DNA from: Octopus sinensis
Lineage: Eukaryota
NCBI RefSeq assembly: GCF_006345805.1
Contig: NC_043006.1
Location: 83,390,001-83,454,000, forward strand
Direction: 5' to 3'
DNA: 64,000 nucleotides
A program made the position numbers and the translations under genes. Below the pieces are notes generated by a model. That model was not told the DNA's origin. It made no database searches and saw only the letters and a program-made list of their open reading frames with translations. This document shows, one piece after another, positions 26,044 to 40,891 of this stretch; positions within the stretch are counted from its first letter, which is position 1; every line of letters begins with the position of its first letter.

Positions 26044-26340
26044 AGGAGGCACAATGGTCCAGTGGTTAGGGCAGCGGGCTCGCGGTTTCGATTACCAGAC
26101 CGGGAGTAGTGTGTGTTTATTGAGCGAAATCACCTAAAGCTCCACGAGGCTCCGGGGGGGGGGGCGACCCCTATTGTACTCTTTCGCCCCAACTTTCTCT
26201 CATTCTTTCTTCCTGTTTTTTTTTTAGTAACGCTGCGATGGACTGGCGTCCCATCCAGCTGGGGAGAACACATACGCCATAGAAACCGGGAAAGCGGGCC
26301 CATGAGCCTGGCTGAGCTTGAAAAGGTCGCATAAAAAAAA
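26044..26340 (+). mobile_element. SINE family D
   Basis: Reverse complement of 55429-55741. An inverted copy lies at 27257-27520, with partial copies at 45380-45578 and 39640-39790. Confidence 0.85.
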
Positions 26341-26380
26341 ATAATCTTCTGAGAATGTATTATATATACGAACATACACA

Positions 26381-26381
<1 letters not shown>

Positions 26382-26443
<62 letters not shown>

Positions 26444-26530
26444 CGCGTGTGTGTGTGCGTGCGTGTGTGTGTGTGTGTGTGTGCGTGCGCGTGTGTGTGT
26501 GTGTGCGTGCGTGTGTGTGTGTGCGTGTGT

Positions 26531-26597
<67 letters not shown>

Positions 26598-26625
26598 TGT
26601 GTGTGTGTCTGTGTGCGTGTGTGTT
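26382..26625. repeat. (TG)n microsatellite with CG variants
   Basis: Direct reading. Confidence 0.95.
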
Positions 26626-27081
26626 GAAATTATGTCCATGAGTCGTCTTTACGTATGGCTACATACATCACTTCGATAATTTATAATAATCTTGAATTCA
26701 AGGAATTTCTAATTTGGCAAGAAGAATTCCATTGACTACATAATAATAATGATATTGCCAAACCGAGCGAGATTATCCTTGATAAGTCTGCTACAATTGC
26801 GCCTTGGCTTCAAGACTTTTTGTTTCGTTTATAACGAATTAGATTATACGTGTTTACGCTGTTTCAGTCATACACTATTAATGGGGGAAAATAAAATATA
26901 AATGCAAATTATATTTCAAACTATTGTATTTAGTGTTTTGTCTAATTCTACGCACACACATGCGCACGCACACACACACATACATACACACACGCGCGCA
27001 CACACACATTCACGCTCTCTCTCGTGCGCGCGCGCACACATACACACACATGTTTCAGTCGCTGGAATGCTGCCACGCATA

Positions 27082-27115
<34 letters not shown>

Positions 27116-27117
27116 TG

Positions 27118-27151
<34 letters not shown>

Positions 27152-28005
27152 AGTGCGTAAATTAAAAACAATTATTTATTCGGTGCATAGAGCAGAATAG
27201 AAAATATAACTAAGTACTTTAAATATGAACGCTTTAAAAAGTTTGTTCCTTCTCGAGCCACGTCTGGCTCATAGGACCGGTTTCCCGGTTTCTTGGCGTA
27301 TAGGTTCCCTACCTGGACGGGACGCCGGTCCGTCTCAGGTGACCTGCTAGATGCAGGAGGAAAGAGTGAGAGAAAGTTGTGGCGGAAGAGTCAGCAGAAG
27401 CCGTGTGGAACTTAAAGTGTTTCGCTCATAAACACACACATCGCCCGGTCTGAGATTCCAAACCTTGATCCCTCGACCGTGAGGCCGCTGCTCTAACCAC
27501 TAGGCCATGTCCCTCCACCACTTTAAAAAGAGAAGTTGTTTATTACAGAAGCAGATATAATCTTAGATCGATATTGAAAGGATTAAATAAAATGATGGGT
27601 AGGAGATTGAATATTTGATCAAGTACATAGGTTTATTTCGATCTGATATTGATTATCATTTAATCTATAGAATTTTTATTGATTTTTCTCAATAATCTTA
27701 TGTCCTCAGATAGTGGTTTTTCTAGCTCCAGATGAAAACCTGATCAAGTAAACCGACGATTAAATGGATTCCAAATGTAACCATACCATATTTTTAAGTA
27801 CCTCTAGGATTACTTCATTAAATATTTCTTTCCTCACCACTTTTAAGATAACAGTTTTACTTAAGGATATACCTACTGTTTCTAGCAATTCCAGCGACTA
27901 CGTAGACGCTTCTCTGACTAACCCGACGTCCTCAGGTTTCCAGGTGATGGGAGTGTATTCAGCATTCATGCGCATTTTTGTTTTTGATTCTTCTTTTTAT
28001 ATGAG

Positions 28006-28391
28006 ACTAGCAGTATCGCCCGGCGTTGCTCAGGTTTGTAAGGGAAATAACTATAAAGCATTTTTAGAGAGTTATAGCCAAAAAATAGCAAAAAAATGGA
28101 AAAAAATGATGGTAAATTTTTTTTTGAGAGTTAAAAAAGGATGGAGTTGCGTCCCCTAGACAGTTTGTGGTTCGTGTTTCTGATTCTCGACCCCATGTCG
28201 AATTTATCGATTTTTTTCAGAACTGGGGAAACTTTTCAAAATTTTGGCTGCATTAGTTTTGAATTATGACATTGGGCTATGTGTGTGTCAAGTTTCATCA
28301 GAATCGGTTGAAAGCCGTGGTCAGGGTGAGGGTACAAGCAAACAGACACACAAACACGCACAGACAAACTGCCGTTTATATATAGAGAGAT
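28006..28391 (+). mobile_element. Non-autonomous Helitron-like element
   Basis: Starts ACTAGCAGTATCGCCCGGCGTTGC and ends gccgtttatatatagagagat, the same 3' end as 57724-58093. Confidence 0.55.
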
Positions 28392-29143
28392 GTACGAATT
28401 TCAGTGATATACGAAACTGTTCAAAATTGGGAATGGGGAACTGGGTTACGTACTCGTTTCGCCGGGAGCTCACCTTTCAACACAATATGGCGTTCTTTAT
28501 TCTGCACGAAAGTCAACGTGTAAATGTCGAAAACGGCAGCTGTTCAGAAAGGCATATGTATATATACGAGTAGTGTATGTGTAATATATATGTATATAGG
28601 TGTATGTATGTACACACACACACGCATAACACAATATATGATTTCAGAGAGATGAGAAGTCGGTTAGTTATTATTAGAGTCGACTCACACAAGTAAACGT
28701 GAAAGTAGTAACTCTCGTTAGTACTTCTACATAACGAGAACCCTACTAACTACTTATATTTATGGTGGCACAAAGCCAATTTTCGTAGGCGAGTGGGATG
28801 GAACATATTTCATCTATCTATCACACATAGATATATTTAAAATTACTGCTTATAACTGTCAGTACATATACTAAGGGACACGACAACTAGGAAGACTCTA
28901 CGTCCTGGCTCGACTTACAAAAAAAAAAAAAAGAAGAAATTAGTAGAGACTATGCCTTAAATCTCATCACCTTAAGGTCTTCAATTAGGAAAGTATATCT
29001 TATATAATGTCGTCCTAAATACCCTATAAAGACAGAACGATTACTTATGGCTGGAATTCTTTTGAGAATTGGTCTACAGACACACACACACGCACGCACA
29101 CACACACACATACACACACAGACACACATGGGGAGAGAGCGAC

Positions 29144-29215
<72 letters not shown>

Positions 29216-30276
29216 GTAGGTAGGTAGGTAGGTAGGTAGGTAGGTAGGTAGGTAGGTAGGTAGGTTTCACTTGTTCTGCAAGATTTTTGTCCAGAGACTG
29301 AAACTGAAGCTATTGCTAGGCAACAGAGCGATTTTAGCAATTTAAGAAACAGCAGAAACGGTTGGACTTGGTTTATGTTTGCCTTTGGATGTGTTAAAAT
29401 TCTTGCCGCATTTTTGCGACCTCGTCGCTGGAATACGACAAAAAGTTTGAATACGATGTGTGTGGGAGGTTGTGGTTTGTTATGTGTATGACAAAAGATT
29501 CAGACTTAGAGAGGCGAAGTAGTTATACAAAAACGAGGAGGTGCGACCGCGAAATTTGAAGGTGACGATCAAATGGGTAAAATGGTTAAGGCTATAGATG
29601 GCATCATAATCCGACTTAACAGATGGTTTCATAAACGTCTAGTTTCGGGTTCATTCGCGCTACTCTTTGCCTAAGACAAATATCTTTTACCTTAACCTCT
29701 TGCCAACCGGAATCTTGTGAATTCATTTAGCAGGCAGAAACTGTGCAGGACTGGGCCGTACACTGAACGTTCCACCTGTTTCAACACTACCCCCTGGAGT
29801 TTTTATATATCGAAGTCACAGGAAAAGACATTGACCGCTTCTAAGCCTAAAGTGGAATGTAATTGCTATACCTGCCATAAAAAAAGGAAACAATCAAGCA
29901 AAAGAAAATAGAAAAAAGAAAACTCCTACGGTTTATGAAATCTTGCCAGAAACTAATGTTCAACAGATGTAGTGTTGCTGCATCTGTCACTTACCACGAA
30001 GTAGAGGTGTAACGAAATTTATGTGTAATATCCTTACGCCTCCAATTTCGTTGTACGGTTGATATTGTCGACGATAGATAAAGAATATACTGTAACAGTG
30101 TTATAGCAATACAAAATAGAAAGAGCGGTAGTAACAAACACACAACGAACCAACGATCAATATTTCCAACACACTAACTCGAACTGTAAACTGTACCTGG
30201 ACTTTGAAGACTAAATTACGATGGTTTTATTCAAACCACAAGGGGACTTATCGAATGATATTACATATATGAATAA

Positions 30277-30499
30277 GGGGCGGCGAGATGGCAGAAATGT
30301 TAGCACGCCGGGCGAAATGCGTAGCCGTATTTCGTCTGCCGTTACGTTCTGAGTTCAAATTCCGCTTTGTCTTTCATCCTTTCGGGGTCGATAAATTATG
30401 TACCAGTTACGCACTAAGGTCGATGTAATCGGCTTAATCCGTTTGTCTGTCCTTGTTTGTCCCCTCTGTGTTTAGCCCCTTGTGGGTAGTAAAGAAATA
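30277..30499 (+). mobile_element. SINE family B monomer (tail 1)
   Basis: 20-bp TSD GATATTACATATATGAATAA (30257-30276, 30500-30519). Confidence 0.9.
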
Positions 30500-30840
30500 G
30501 ATATTACATATATGAATAAATACATTATAATTTCGGATAAAAATGAAAACAAAATGAGTGGACGGGAGAATGGATTTTGACTCCACCAACCATATTCCTG
30601 CGTTGAACCGTTTAACTGCCGACTACGTCAGATTGCTACTATTTATATGTAGTGTTCCCGTCTATTCTCGTCAGAGGGTGTTGTACTCTCACCGCAACAA
30701 TGTGGAAAGTTCGTAATAATTGAAACTACTATTACAGATTAAACGAATGAACATAACTGGGTACTTTTAGCCGAAACCGTGCAAGTGAAGCGAGGAGATC
30801 GTGGATTCTCGAACAGGAATTGAAGTCGCAGCTTTTCTTT

Positions 30841-31222
30841 AATTCTTTTATTCTTTTATTCTTTTACTTGTTTCAGTCATTTTGACTGCGGTCTTGATGG
30901 GTTTTAGTTGAACAAATTGACCCCAGGACTTATTTTTTAAGCGTAGTACTTATTCTACCGTTCTTATTTGCCGAACCGCTAAGTTACGGAGACGTAAACA
31001 CACCAGCACCGGTTGTCAAGTTGTGATGGGGAGACGAACACAGGCACAACACACACACACACACATACACACACACATATATATGACAGGTTTCTTTCAG
31101 TTTCCGTCCACCAAATCCCTTCACCCGGCTATTGTTGAAGACACCTGCTCAAGGTGCCACGCAGTGGGACTGAACTTGGAACCATGTGGTTGGGAAGCAA
31201 GCTTCCTACCACATAGCCGCAC
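30841..31222 (-). mobile_element. SINE family A, diverged
   Basis: Matches both halves of family A. Confidence 0.8.
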
Positions 31223-31621
31223 CACCGTTTCTGGAAGCTTCTGTCCTTTGTTCTTAAGAGTTTACATTTGGGAGAATTATTGGAGCTGTCAATTTCCTGA
31301 CCATCTTGGGTCAAGTTCGGTTCAACCTAGATAACACACGAAATAGACTTTGTTGATGTCACCTTGTTTAGCCATGGAATTGTTATAAATATGCAACACT
31401 GAACAGAATTCTTCTCTTTTGGGCTCAGCATTTGTAGCAGAAATAACATATCTGCATTCTTTCTTCAGCGATTTAAGATGTGTTTCCTTCTCTTTACTTG
31501 GTGGCTGTCACAGAGGAAACACACCTCATCTATTCCCTCGATAACTTTCAGAGTGGCAAATTCCCTCACTTTCTCTCACTCGTTTCCTTTCGGCCTGTAC
31601 ACTTAATCTTCCACCCTTTTA

Positions 31622-31667
<46 letters not shown>

Positions 31668-31782
31668 TAGACTGTGGGTACTTTTAGCAGGAACCATGCA
31701 AGACTGTTGTGCCGTACGTTTAATCCTTCAGCAACATCAATGTTACTAACATAACTCGAATTAGTTAGGCAGATGTCCCTAT

Positions 31783-32034
31783 ACTCATTTACTCATTTAC
31801 TTGTTTCAGTCATGTGACTGAGGCCATGCTGGAGCACCGCCTTTAGTCGAGCAAATCGACCCCAGGACTTATACTTTGTAAGCCTAGTACTGATTCCATC
31901 GGTCACTTTTGCCAAACCGCTAAGTTACGGGGACGTAAACACACCAGCATCGGTTGTCAAGCGATGTTGGGGGGACAAACACTGACACACAAACACACAC
32001 ACACACACACACACACACCACACACACACACACA

Positions 32035-32081
<47 letters not shown>

Positions 32082-32248
32082 TACGACGGGCTTCTTTCAG
32101 TTTCCGTCTACCAAATCCACTCACAAGGCTTTGGTCTGCCCGAAGCAATAGTAGAAGACACTTACCCAAGGTGCCACGCAGTGGGACTGAACCGGGAACC
32201 ATGTGGTTCGTAAGCAAGCTACTTACCACACACCCACTCCTACGCCTA
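31783..32248 (-). mobile_element. SINE family A, full length
   Basis: Reverse complement of the family A consensus with an internal (CA)/(TA) tract. Confidence 0.9.
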
Positions 32249-33054
32249 TGCTGCACTTATTTGATCTTGATCTAGATCTTCTGTCGGAAATTAAGCCATT
32301 AATCGTAGTCTTTAGTTTCTTTCCCGGGAAAACTTGAAAACTCGATAAACGCTCATGGGTGTGGCCATTTCTCCTCTAAGCCTGCTTTTCTACACATGTA
32401 TGTCTGTGTGTGTCTGTGTGTTTGTGCGTATGTGTATCCCGACATATACATAAATGCATACCTGCGCTAAATACATGGCTGTTTTACTACGACACACGTG
32501 TAGAGGTATTCCCAGACTCAAATTTTTCATAACACACGCATATGTACACAGTCATTCCCATGCAGGTACATGCAAACACACAATCATACATTTATGCATA
32601 TGGATGTGTACACACATCTATACATGCATACACACATATCATAGATACTTAACACACACGCATACATTTCTTTCAATAACCAATATTCACACAAACACAC
32701 ACACACACATATATATATGTATGTATGTATGAATATATGTATGTATATTTGTTCCTAAACAGCACTTACTTTAGTGCTGTTGACACCGCCAAATTGAATG
32801 GTACTGCCCAAGTGTCGAAACCATAATGATATCCGTGGAGCAGCTGATGATGGAGGCTTGTTGGATTCTCGGTATGGCTTTTTTTTTGTATATGTGGAAT
32901 AGTACTATTGGATTGTTGGTATGGCTGTGGAATAGTACTGTAATATATCCTTTTGATATGTATGTGTATATATATATGTGCATATGTATATATATATATA
33001 TGCATATGTATATATATACATATATAATATATTATATATGCATATGTATATATA

Positions 33055-33110
<56 letters not shown>

Positions 33111-34115
33111 CGTATATATATATGTGCGTGTAGATATATATGTATATGTGTATGTGTATATGTATTTTTATATATATATATATAATATACATATACATAT
33201 ACACATATACACACACGTATATATATATATATATATATACATATATAGATATACATACATATATATAGATATATATAGATATAGATATATATGTATATAT
33301 ATGCACATAAAACATACATACACAATTAAAAAAACACACATATAAATACATACATAGGCTTTTACACACATACATTTTACATATTAATTTAATTTATTTC
33401 TATTAACAATATTTATTCATACACGTACATGTATACATAAAACATGCATCTACATACAAAACAATAAATACACATGCATATAAACATACATCCCAGGCAT
33501 TTACATACATTCATACATACAAACATACATACAAATACACAGACACATATACCTACATACACATATACTGACATGCTGGCATACATACACGCACTCATAT
33601 GCACGCACACATTCATATACACATATACTCACATACACACATACGCATTCATATATATATATATACATGCACATACTCATACACACATTCATACACACAC
33701 ATACACGCATACATACGCTCGCATACACACATAAGTATTCATATACACACACATAAATACGCTTACATACACACTCACATGCACACATTTGCATTTATAT
33801 ATACATGCACACACACATACATACATACATACATACATACATACATACATACATACACACATACATACATACATACATACATACACACATACGCATTCAC
33901 ATGCAGATCCTTGCTTTATTACGTTTCTTTATTCTCAATTAACACCATTCACTCCACTGGTATTTGCAAGGTTAGGCAGAACGCCAACAACATCTCGGCA
34001 CCAAACTTACAAACAGTCGGCTTCTGATTCCGTTTCCAAGATCTTATGATTTCACCTGTTTCTCTGTTTGTGCGGGAACATGTATGGATGAGCGCATGCG
34101 TGTAACGCATGTACG

Positions 34116-34219
<104 letters not shown>

Positions 34220-34254
34220 TACATATATATATATATGCATATATATATACACAC

Positions 34255-34285
<31 letters not shown>

Positions 34286-35057
34286 GTATATATATACATA
34301 TATATATATATAAATATATATATACATATACATATATATATGTGTATGTATGTATGTATGTATGTATGTATGTATGTATGTATGTATGTATGTATGTATG
34401 TATGTATGTGTAAGTATGTATGAGTCAGTTAATCGTGTGTATATTTATACTGCTAAAAATGTGTTTTTATATTACAATAATAATAAGGAACTTTGACCGA
34501 ATATAACGCAGCAATATTAATATTTATTATGACGTTATTATAATACGCAGAATATTATTGCTAGCGTCAAACATCAACAATAACAGTATTCGCAGAAACT
34601 TCAAAGTTTTGCGATGTATGTGTTCTTTATTCCAAATATATATAAGCCCAGGCATGGTCGGGTAGTTAAGAAGCTAGCTTTGCAACCAGGTGATTTTAGG
34701 CTCAGTACCACTGTGCGACACCTTGGGCAACTGGCAAATGAGCAAATGTCTCCTACTATAGCACCGGGCTGATCAACGTCTTGAGGGAGCGTGGCCTAGT
34801 TATTTGGGAGTTGCACTCGTGATCCGGACAGAGCAGCGCGCTGTGTTCTTCAGAGAAATACTACATTTCACGTTACTCCATATGACACAGCTGTAAATGA
34901 GTAACCCCTGCTACGGAGTAGCCTTCCGATCAGAGGGAATGTCGGCCAGCACGCCTAACCAGTAGAATAGCGCCATTCGAAAGCTAAAACGATGCAAAGT
35001 GCATTGTGACCGGTGATGTATAACAACAGCTGATAGTTTGGTCGATCACGTTATCAC

Positions 35058-35095
<38 letters not shown>

Positions 35096-35398
35096 AATTG
35101 TTTGTTTGTACTCCATCTGCCTTCGTCTTTTGTTTATTTTCGTAAAGCTTCCCCCTATATATATATATATATATATATATACAGACAGACACACGCACAT
35201 ACATAGATTTATGTATGTATACGTGTGTATATTCTGTGTTTGCATTTGTCCTTCCATCATTACTCGAGTACCGGCGTTCATTTATTTATGTCGCCTATAA
35301 CATAGCGGTTCAGCAGAAGACACCGATAGAATAAGTACTAGACTTATAAATAAATACTGAAGTAGATTTCTTTCACTAAATTTCTCAAGTAAATGATA

Positions 35399-35513
<115 letters not shown>

Positions 35514-35708
35514 CCACATACATACATACACAAACAGACGGTGTACAATACAGGTAAGCATAGATGTATACACTTTACGTAAGTTCTTACGTAAACCGAA
35601 TACTCGGGCGTCTGTGGATATATAGATGTGTATATATGGGTGTGTGGGTATGTATGAGTGCGTCTCATACATTACAAGCACACCGCACGCACACATGCAG
35701 TCTCATCT

Positions 35709-35740
<32 letters not shown>

Positions 35741-35918
35741 ATACACACACATGCACACTACGCATGCGTGCATACGCTCATATACACACGACACACGTAT
35801 GTCCGTATGTTATCCTTAGATTGTCGAGATACATTATCATTGATACGCCATCGCAATGTTTTCTTACATATCCTTCTTAAATGTGGGAATTAAAATGTTC
35901 TGTGTGTGTGTGTGTGTG

Positions 35919-35967
<49 letters not shown>

Positions 35968-36104
35968 GTGTGAAATATAATTACAAAGTTGAGTAAGTCT
36001 TATCAATTGAAATCATTATAGAAAACATTATTAGTGAAATATAAAATCTTCCCACCTCTATATCTGTGAATATATGCACACACACACATATATATATATG
36101 TACG

Positions 36105-36135
<31 letters not shown>

Positions 36136-36299
36136 ATATATATATGTATCTAAGTTCATATAGATGTGTGTATACATATGTGTGTGTGTGTTTGTGTATT
36201 TATATGTAGACTTGCTTGCATATATGAGTTTGTGTATATATTGTACATATATATATGTGTGTATATAAATATATGTATGTCTGTATAAAGACTGACTAA

Positions 36300-36711
36300 T
36301 AGATACATACATAGTACATACATACATACATACATACATACATACATACATACATACATACATACATACATGCATACATACATGCATACATACATACATA
36401 CATACATACATACATACATACATACATACATACATGCATGCATACATACATACATACATACATACATACATACATACATGCATGCATACATACATGCATA
36501 CATACATACATACATACATACATACATACATACATACATACATACATACATACATGCATACATACATACATACATACATACATACATACATACATACATA
36601 CATACATGCATACATACATGCATACATACATACATACATACATACATACATACATACATACATACATGCATACATACATGCATACATACATACATACATA
36701 CATACATACAT
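36300..36711. repeat. (TACA)n array with TGCA variants, about 410 bp
   Basis: Direct reading. Confidence 0.95.
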
Positions 36712-36899
36712 GGGATTGCTACTAATTGCCTGATAAACAAAAGAGACATTGAGACCCCAGACGTTCCAAGATGCAACCGGAAATGTAGATTACTAGATTA
36801 CGTCATGTTTGTGTGGAAATGTAATTAGCGGTACCCAAAATGCCATCAAGGTACTACCTTCCTATGTGACATGCTGTTGTCACAGAAACAATATGCAAT

Positions 36900-37321
36900 G
36901 GCAGGTGTGGCAGGTGTGGCAGGTGTGGCTGTATGGTAAGAAGTTTGCTTCCCAACCATATGGTTCCGGGGCTCGCTCCGATTACGTGGCACCTCAGGCA
37001 GGTATCTTCTACAATAGCCACGGACCAACCAAAGCCTTGTGAGTGGATCTGATATACAGAAACGGAAAGAAGCCCGTCGTATGTGTGTTTGTGTGTGTTT
37101 GTGTGTGTGTGTGTGTGTGTATGTGCATTTGTCTCCCAGCATCAACTAACGACCGGTGTTGGTGTGTTTACGTCCCCATAACTTAGCAGTTTGGCAAAAG
37201 ACCGATAGAATAAGTACCACGCTTAAAAAAGAAAATAAATAATGGGGTCGATCGATTCGTCTAAAATTCCTCAACGTGGTGCCCCAGCATGGTCGCAGTC
37301 TAATGACTGAAACCACTAAAA
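36900..37321 (+). mobile_element. SINE family A with triplicated 9-nt head (gcaggtgtg x3)
   Basis: Consensus match, with the tandem 9-mer at 36900-36928. Confidence 0.8.
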
Positions 37322-37675
37322 AATAATGTCGTCCGGGAAAAAAAACTGTCCAGGGAATAAATATTGGGAATCTCCCTTTTATTGAATACATATACAAATA
37401 CCAACACAAGGGATATTGGTGGAACATTCCAATCAAAGCACTTGTTAGGTGTAAGCATAACTTGCCGGATATTATTGTTTGAGACAGGCAGGAAAAAGTA
37501 TGTACCATCATAGAGGACACTTGTCATGCAATTGTGACATCACATTGAAAATCAAAGAGACAGGGAAATAACTATGGACAATCGCTTTTGTGCATACAGG
37601 TGTAAATGGGTACGACTTGTTGCGCTTCCTTATATATACATGGAGGACTTGCGTTTAAATATGTAGGGCTTACAC

Positions 37676-37742
<67 letters not shown>

Positions 37743-37819
37743 ACATATCTAAGAAGATGCACAACTGATATCGTTATCTATACATATATTTTTTCACTCC
37801 TTGTTTTTTTTCTGTGTAT

Positions 37820-37858
37820 CTTTCTGCTGTCGAAGAGCGTAGGCTCGAAACGTAAAAG
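37820..37858 (+). ncRNA. Degenerate minimal hammerhead motif in a Penelope-like terminal fragment
   Basis: CUGUCGA-A-GAGC(GUAG)GCUC-GAAA-CGU-A-AAAG: A6 replaced by U, GUA triplet. The downstream 60 nt recur at about 35098-35150. Confidence 0.5.
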
Positions 37859-37960
37859 ACTTTTTCTATTCCGACGCTATACTAATACATTTGTTTGTTT
37901 GTATTCCACCTGCCTTCGTCTTTTTTTTATTTTCGTAAACTTTCCTTTATATATTATATT

Positions 37961-38002
<42 letters not shown>

Positions 38003-38082
38003 CTTATTTATTTATTTATTTACTTATTCACTTATTTCTTTGTTGGTTTAGTATATTATTTTTTTTTGTTTTCTCATTCCAG

Positions 38083-38498
38083 TCATACGATCTGCCGTCC
38101 GGTAAGAGTTATGGTTCTTCACCAGGGGGTTATGGATATGGTTCAAGCTCTGGGCTCGGTTCATCTTCATACAGTTCGTCGACGCGAAGCCAGCCGTCCC
38201 GAAACTACGGCTCCACTATTCGGGATAAGGTGATGAAATTTTCCGGAGGAGCTGGCGATTATGGAACCGGCTCCTCTGGGACAACTGATCGTTATCCGTC
38301 TTTAGATCGCAGTATGAGTTATTCTTTAAAGAGTTCCAGTTCAGATCCGTATGGAAAATCAGGTTATATGTCCGACTATGGAGGAAGCACTCGTTCAACA
38401 TATAATTCATGGGACCGAAGTTCTAGTCGTTCTGGAAGGAACTATGGCGCGGTTCCTCCCAGTCGAGAGGGATCACCATATAGTAACAGATCTTCCAG
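38083..38498 (+). CDS. Internal exon B (SYDLPSGKSYGSSPGG...TIRDKVMKFSGG...SREGSPYSNRSS), 416 nt, phase 0-2
   Basis: ttctcattccag acceptor (AG 38081-82) and AG|GTGAGT donor at 38499. Open frame continuous with track ORF 38230-38502 (49 codons upstream of it). Same composition as exon A. Confidence 0.9.
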
Positions 38499-38665
38499 GT
38501 GAGTTTTTCGTTAATTCACTTTTTTAATTTCTAAAATGTGAGATTTTATGAGTTCTTAAGAGAATTAGTCACATTCAATTGTTTCATCCACCATTTCGGT
38601 CCTTTCTTTCTATAATCTGGGGGTTGAAGAAATTAGAGTTTAAAAAAAAAAGAAAGAGAGCTATG

Positions 38666-38783
38666 GCAGCAGAAGTGACTGTGTGGTAAGTAGCTTGCTT
38701 ACTAACCACATGGTTCCGGGTTCAATCCCACTGCGTTGCACCTTGGGCAAGTGGATTTGGTAGACGGAAACTGAAAGAAGCCT

Positions 38784-38831
<48 letters not shown>

Positions 38832-39036
38832 TGTGTCTGTGTTTGTCACCCCAAACATCGCTTGACAACCGATGCTGGTGTGTTTACGTCCCCGTAAACT
38901 AGCGCTTCGGCAAAAGAGACCGATAGAATAAGTACTTGGCTTACAAAGAATAAGTCCTGGGGTCGATTTGCTAGACTAATAGCGGTGCTCCAGCATGACC
39001 GCAGTCACATCACTGAAACAAGTAAAAAGAGTAAAG
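38666..39036 (+). mobile_element. tRNA-derived CORE-type SINE (family A), full length with internal microsatellite and TSD
   Basis: A/B-box head, ccttgggcaagtg core, (TA)(TG) insert. AAAAAGAAAGAGAGCTATG is duplicated at 38647-38665 and 39037-39055. Confidence 0.9.
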
Positions 39037-39794
39037 AAAAAGAAAGAGAGCTATGTTGAAGCTTAAACTGAAGGCAAATTAATGTGGTTAATGTGACCCC
39101 TATCGCTCCACTGACCCTTAGAACATCAGGTATAGGTCACAGAGGAACACCTTTGATCATAACTCTGCTTAAACAAGGCTGACTGATCCGAAGTTAAATA
39201 ACTATATACGTTCGGTTTATGCTTCTATTAAATCTTTCTACTAAAAGCAGAGGGTCCGAATATTTTCAGTGGAGGGAGCTAGTGGATTACATCGACCCCA
39301 GTGTACAACTGGTACTTTTTTTTATCTACCTTGAAAATATGAAAGATAAAGACGACTTCGGTGGAATTTAAACTCAGAGCATAAAGACGGATGAAATGCT
39401 GCTAAGAATTTTACCTGACATGCTAATGATTCTGCCAGCTCACCTCCTTCTTATGGAGAAAATTTTTAAAAATCATACAGATACTGCTTGACGTTGTTGT
39501 TGCTGTTGCTGTAGCTGTTGAGCGAACGGTCTTCGTCCCAGAGCTCGCAAGATGGGAGAAGTCCGAAACGTGGTCCTTTGCTATTCGTAAGACCCGCAGA
39601 AGAGAAAGCAGGTCAACCCCCGACACCGAAAGCATCGACGGATGGATGAATGCGCATCCAGGCTCAGCGGTTGCGTAGGAAGTCGGGGACAAGAAACAGG
39701 AAGAAGTGTGAGAGAAAGTTGGAGCGAAAGAGTACAACAGGGGGCGCCACCCCCTCCCTGCCGGAGACTCGAAGAGCTTTAGGTGTTTCCGCTT

Positions 39795-40085
39795 AAATAA
39801 GTACCAGTTATGCACTGGGGTCGATATAATCGACTTAATCCGTTTGTCTGTCCTTGTTTGTCCCCTCTGTGTTTAGCCCCTTGTGGGTAGTAAAGAAATA
39901 GGTATTTCGTTTGCCGCTACGTTCTGAGTTCAAATTCTGCCGAGGTCGACTTTGCCTTTCATCCTTTCGGAGTCGATAAATTAAGTACCAGTTACGCACT
40001 GTGGTCGATATAATCGACTTAATCCGTTTGTCTGTCCTTGTTTGTCCCCTCTATGTTTAACCCCTTGTGGGAAATAAAGAAAGAA
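39795..40085 (+). mobile_element. 5'-truncated SINE family B tandem array
   Basis: tail1, then aaagaaatag|gtatttcg re-entry, then a second tail1. Confidence 0.85.
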
Positions 40086-40825
40086 GAAACTGCGTGGAAG
40101 CCCATCATGTGTGTGTGCGTGTGTGTCTCTCACTCTCGTCGCTTGACAACCAGCGTCGGTTTGTTTGCGTCCCCGTAACTTAGCGATGCGGCAAAGAGAC
40201 CGATAGAATAGGTATCAGACTTTAAAAATACGCACTGGTGTGGGGTTTTTAAGCCCTTCAATGCAGTGCCACAGCAAGATCACCGTCCAATGATTAAGGA
40301 CAAAACAACGGCAAGAACACCAAAAGTCTTTCCTTAAAATCCTAAAACCAGATCAAAAGAAATTTTTGTCTTGAAACCAAAATGTAGTGGCTTTCATTAA
40401 TATCCACGGTATTCAGGTGTACTTCTTAACCATGCAACCGTGCATAGTGATACTTTTTTTTTACCCTTTACGGCAGAAAACTACAGGTTTTACAGCTCAA
40501 GGAAATGGGATTATGTAATCAGATTAAGGAAATGGGCATTAGTTGAGTAAATAAGGTGCATTAAGATTCAACCTAGAATCAGACTCCTTAAAAAGCGTAC
40601 TTCTTACTTAGTATTCCCACCTAAAATTTATTTGATAGGATGGGCTCTACATTTCATTATCTTTTGATTTAAGTTTGTTATGCCATTCATGATAAATTAA
40701 AGCCCGGCAGTCGAATATATATATATAGAGAGAGAGAGATAGATAGATAGATAGATAGATAGATATAATAGAGAGAGAGCTACCTTAGCGCCTCTCTCCA
40801 TTCTCTCATGTATATGTGTGTGTGG

Positions 40826-40891
<66 letters not shown>

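Noticed and set aside
31230-31480. Possible decayed minus-strand RT fragment
   Set aside because: Only vague resemblance; no intact motif could be read.
39545-39575. CGCAAGA-U-GGG(AGAAG)UCC-GAAACGUG, hammerhead-like
   Set aside because: The core lacks CUGA and position 17 is G. At most a dead relic.
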